Positions 39,775 through 42,165 of a DNA stretch of 42,165 bases are shown piece by piece. The notes beneath the pieces were generated by a model. The model was not told where the DNA came from, made no database searches, and worked only from the letters and a program-made list of their open reading frames with translations. This DNA comes from a virus. How positions within the stretch are numbered: the stretch's first letter is position 1; each line of letters opens with the position of its first letter. The DNA lies in the IMG/VR virus record IMGVR_UViG_3300029116_000014, positions 1 through 42,165 of that record; one strand, 5' to 3'. Position numbers and translations under genes: made by a program.

Positions 39775-40167
39775 ATGGATAGTATCCGCGTAAACAGCGG
39801 CGTAAAGGTTATTGAAGTCAACGACAAGGGAGAGACGATCTCCCTCCCGCTGTCTGATGATAGCTTTGTCAAAGGCTTTTTCGACCTGCTGAATGAAATC
39901 AAAGACAAGGCAACGGCTATTTCTGAGAAGAAAGGCGACGTTCTGGACACTCTGGACGATATCGTAGCGTTTGACAAAGACGTTAGGGACAAAATCGACG
40001 CGCTGATTGGCGAAAATACTTGCGCGAAGGTGTTTGGTGCGGTTCTTCCGTCCTCCGACCAGTTCCTTGATTTCTTCGCACAGCTTACTCCCATCATTGA
40101 CAGCCACGTTGAGAAACGTGCAGCAAACATGAGCAAGTACAGCGCGGAGCGTGTCGGCAGTGTTTAA
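39775..40167 (+). CDS. Tail assembly chaperone
   Basis: 130 aa, acidic, between the major tail protein and the TMP. Confidence 0.65.
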   Translation: MDSIRVNSGVKVIEVNDKGETISLPLSDDSFVKGFFDLLNEIKDKATAISEKKGDVLDTLDDIVAFDKDVRDKIDALIGENTCAKVFGAVLPSSDQFLDFFAQLTPIIDSHVEKRAANMSKYSAERVGSV

Positions 40168-40168
40168 C

Positions 40169-40702
40169 ATGTTGCTCGACCGCCTGCCAAGCTCTTACAA
40201 GGGGTATCTGATTCGCACGGATTACAGAATCGGCATTCAGATTTCCCTTGCGCTGGACGACCCGAATTTAAGCGATAATGACCGTGCATGGGTGGCATTA
40301 TCCTTGCTTTACGGAGCAGGGATGCCACCCATTGACATTGCACTGGAAGGTTTGCAGTGGTTTATTCGCTGTGGCGACGATAGAGAGATTGAACCCGGCG
40401 GTAAACGCATGATGTGGTTCGATTTTGATTCTGCACGGTTGTACGCATCGTTCCGACAGACGTTCGGCATTGAGCTGCACAAGGTCAATCTGCACTGGTT
40501 TGAGTTTATGGCAATGATGGAAAGCCTTAACGAAGATTCGGCAATGTCTCATGCCCTGCAAATCAGAGGCACGGACACAAGCAAAATGAAGGGAAAACAG
40601 AAACAGGAATACGAACGTCTCAAACGTAATTTAACCCCTGCACCCGCACTTTCCGAAGAGGAAAAGGAAGCTATTGACGCTTTCTGGGCGCAGATCAATT
40701 AG
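40169..40702 (+). CDS. Gp15-family protein (second tail chaperone position)
   Basis: MLLDRLPSSYKGYLIRTDYRIGIQISLALDDPNLSDNDRAWVALSLLYG matches the recalled bacteriophage Gp15 family. ATG 40169 lies 1 nt after the upstream TAA; GTG 40151 is an alternative start. Confidence 0.65.
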   Translation: MLLDRLPSSYKGYLIRTDYRIGIQISLALDDPNLSDNDRAWVALSLLYGAGMPPIDIALEGLQWFIRCGDDREIEPGGKRMMWFDFDSARLYASFRQTFGIELHKVNLHWFEFMAMMESLNEDSAMSHALQIRGTDTSKMKGKQKQEYERLKRNLTPAPALSEEEKEAIDAFWAQIN

Positions 40703-40717
40703 AAAGGCGGTGAATAA

Positions 40718-42165
40718 ATGGCGGATGGCTCTATCAGAATCGACGCTACTGTAAGCGACGAACAAGCGAAAAAGCAGATTGCACAAATGACGAAAGACAT
40801 TGAGAAGCAATCAGCCGCCGTAGATAAACAAGCCGCAAAGGTGCAAAAACTTGCTGATCAGTGGAACAAGGTAGCCGCTGGCGGCACGAAGGGCATTAAA
40901 ATGCAAGCCGACCTTGCAGCAACGGAGAAAGAAGCCGCACGTCTGGCTGCTCGGTTGGATGAAGTAAACGCTGAGATTGAAAAGGCTCAGAGCGATTACA
41001 ACACCAAACTGAAACAGGCGACAACGGGCGCAATTCCACAGGAGGAATTCTCGGAATCAGCGCAAAAGCTGAATTCTCTTGTTGCTGAATCGGATAAACT
41101 GGGTGAAGCTCTGCGAAACGCAGATGATAAAGCGGCACAACTGAAACAACAGCTTGCCGAGATTAAGCAATCGTCCACGATGAGCAGCGCCGGTCAGAAT
41201 GTACGGCAAAGCCTTGACAATGAGACAACGCAGTTAGGCAACATGAAGGCCGGGCTTAAACAGTCCAAATCGGAAATGAACGACTTCGTAAGTCAGACTA
41301 ACTCGAAGATGGCGAAACTGAAACGAGTTATTGCAGGTTTGGGCGCTGGCTTGAAAACCTCTGTCGGCAGTCTGCAAAATTCGCTCGGCGGCAAATTGGG
41401 CGCGGCGATTGACAAGCTCAAATCCAAATTCTCCAATTTCGGACGTTCCAGCCAAAAGTCCATGAAGAAAGCAACGGGCGGCGTGCAGTCGTTCGGGGTG
41501 CGTCTGCGTTCTATCGTTGCGGGCGCGTTGTTCTTCAACTTGATTTCCAAAGCGCTTACGGCAATGGCTGACCGTTTGGGCAAGGCTCTGCTTGCGAACA
41601 AGACGTTTGCAAAGTCGTTCGGGCAGGTGAAAAGCAACCTGCTGACGGCGTTTCAGCCTATCTATGAATCTATTATTCCATGGCTGAATAAGTTGATGCA
41701 GGCTCTTGCACAGGTAACGGCACAGATGGCACAGTTTACCGCATCAGTGTTCGGAACGACGGCGCAGAAAGCGCAGGACAACGCTAAAGCGCTTGAGGAA
41801 CAGGTAGACGCAACAAACGACACCACAAAGGCGACAAAGAAAGCTGAAAAGGCTCTTGCGTCGTTTGATACAGTCCAGAAATTAAGCAATAATAGCGATA
41901 ACACGACCGACCCGAGCGCACCTAAGTTTGATACGGATTATTCCGCAGTAAAAAAACAGACACCGCAATGGCTCACTGACTTCTGGAAAGTATTTCAGGA
42001 TTCGTGGGCGCAGTACGGACAGCAGACCATTGAAAGCGCAAAGAACGCTCTTTCTGCGCTGAAAGACATGGTTTCCGCTATCGGTCAGTCGTTTATGGCA
42101 ATCTGGACGAACGGAACCGGACTTGAAACGCTGAACAATATTCAACTGCTGCTGCAAACCATCTT
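40718..42165 (+). CDS. Tape measure protein, N-terminal part (runs off the window end; continues at base 1)
   Basis: ATG 40718 is preceded by AAAGGCGGTG. I translated it by hand to the window end and found no stop. The N-terminus is coiled-coil (MADGSIRIDATVSDEQAKKQIAQMTKDIEKQSAAVDKQAAKVQKL...). The frame matches ORF 17..1435 through the 87-bp overlap. Confidence 0.85.
   Translation, partial: MADGSIRIDATVSDEQAKKQIAQMTKDIEKQSAAVDKQAAKVQKLADQWNKVAAGGTKGIKMQADLAATEKEAARLAARLDEVNAEIEKAQSDYNTKLKQATTGAIPQEEFSESAQKLNSLVAESDKLGEALRNADDKAAQLKQQLAEIKQSSTMSSAGQNVRQSLDNETTQLGNMKAGLKQSKSEMNDFVSQTNSKMAKLKRVIAGLGAGLKTSVGSLQNSLGGKLGAAIDKLKSKFSNFGRSSQKSMKKATGGVQSFGVRLRSIVAGALFFNLISKALTAMADRLGKALLANKTFAKSFGQVKSNLLTAFQPIYESIIPWLNKLMQALAQVTAQMAQFTASVFGTTAQKAQDNAKALEEQVDATNDTTKATKKAEKALASFDTVQKLSNNSDNTTDPSAPKFDTDYSAVKKQTPQWLTDFWKVFQDSWAQYGQQTIESAKNALSALKDMVSAIGQSFMAIWTNGTGLETLNNIQLLLQTI
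42079..42165. repeat. 87-bp exact duplicate of bases 1-87 (circular-assembly overlap)
   Basis: TATCGGTCAGTCGTTTATGGCAATCTGG...CTGCTGCAAACCATCTT is identical at both window ends. It lies inside the TMP coding sequence. Confidence 0.95.

Noticed and set aside
39775-40702. Canonical -1 programmed frameshift between the two tail chaperone ORFs
   Set aside because: The downstream ORF is in the +1 frame relative to the upstream one, not -1. No slippery heptamer is visible in the 17-nt overlap. The Gp15-like ORF has its own ATG (40169) 1 nt after the upstream stop.
42079-42165. Interpreting the 87-bp terminal duplication as a biological direct terminal repeat or cos end
   Set aside because: It lies inside the tape-measure coding sequence and joins it in frame. 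A physical terminus there is implausible. An assembly overlap of a circular or permuted genome fits better.

Overview
The window is a complete, circularly closed temperate siphovirus-type phage genome with about 42,078 bp of unique sequence. Bases 42079-42165 repeat bases 1-87 exactly, and the tape-measure gene reads in phase across that junction.

Gene order:
- Tail tip and fibre genes: 1-5.1 kb
- XkdW/XkdX-like pair, holin and amidase endolysin: 5.1-7.0 kb
- Unusual post-lysis accessory cassette: 7.0-9.9 kb
- attP (a tRNA 3' fragment flanked by repeated arm motifs) plus a tyrosine integrase: 9.9-11.3 kb
- Lysogeny and immunity region with two separate divergent XRE repressor/Cro-like pairs and an antirepressor: 11.3-15.5 kb
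- T-poor region of phased short repeats interleaved with micro-genes: 15.6-16.9 kb
- Recombination and replication module (ERF, HNH, SSB, replisome organizer, RusA): 16.9-21.5 kb
- Methyltransferase and anti-restriction block and many small genes: 21.5-27.1 kb
- Sigma-like late activator: 27.3-27.8 kb
- About 750 nt of ORF-free, helix-dense sequence that I interpret as a large structured ncRNA: 27.8-28.5 kb
- Reverse-oriented cassette of Cys-rich proteins: 28.6-30.05 kb
- Packaging, head and tail genes: 30.2-42.1 kb

Strong AGGAGG-type ribosome-binding sites, XkdX/XkdW-like genes and overall gene content suggest a Bacillota (Clostridia-like) host. That host call is inference only.

I found no rRNA, no complete tRNA and no CRISPR array. 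All functional calls come from reading motifs by eye and from recalled family signatures. No searches were run.
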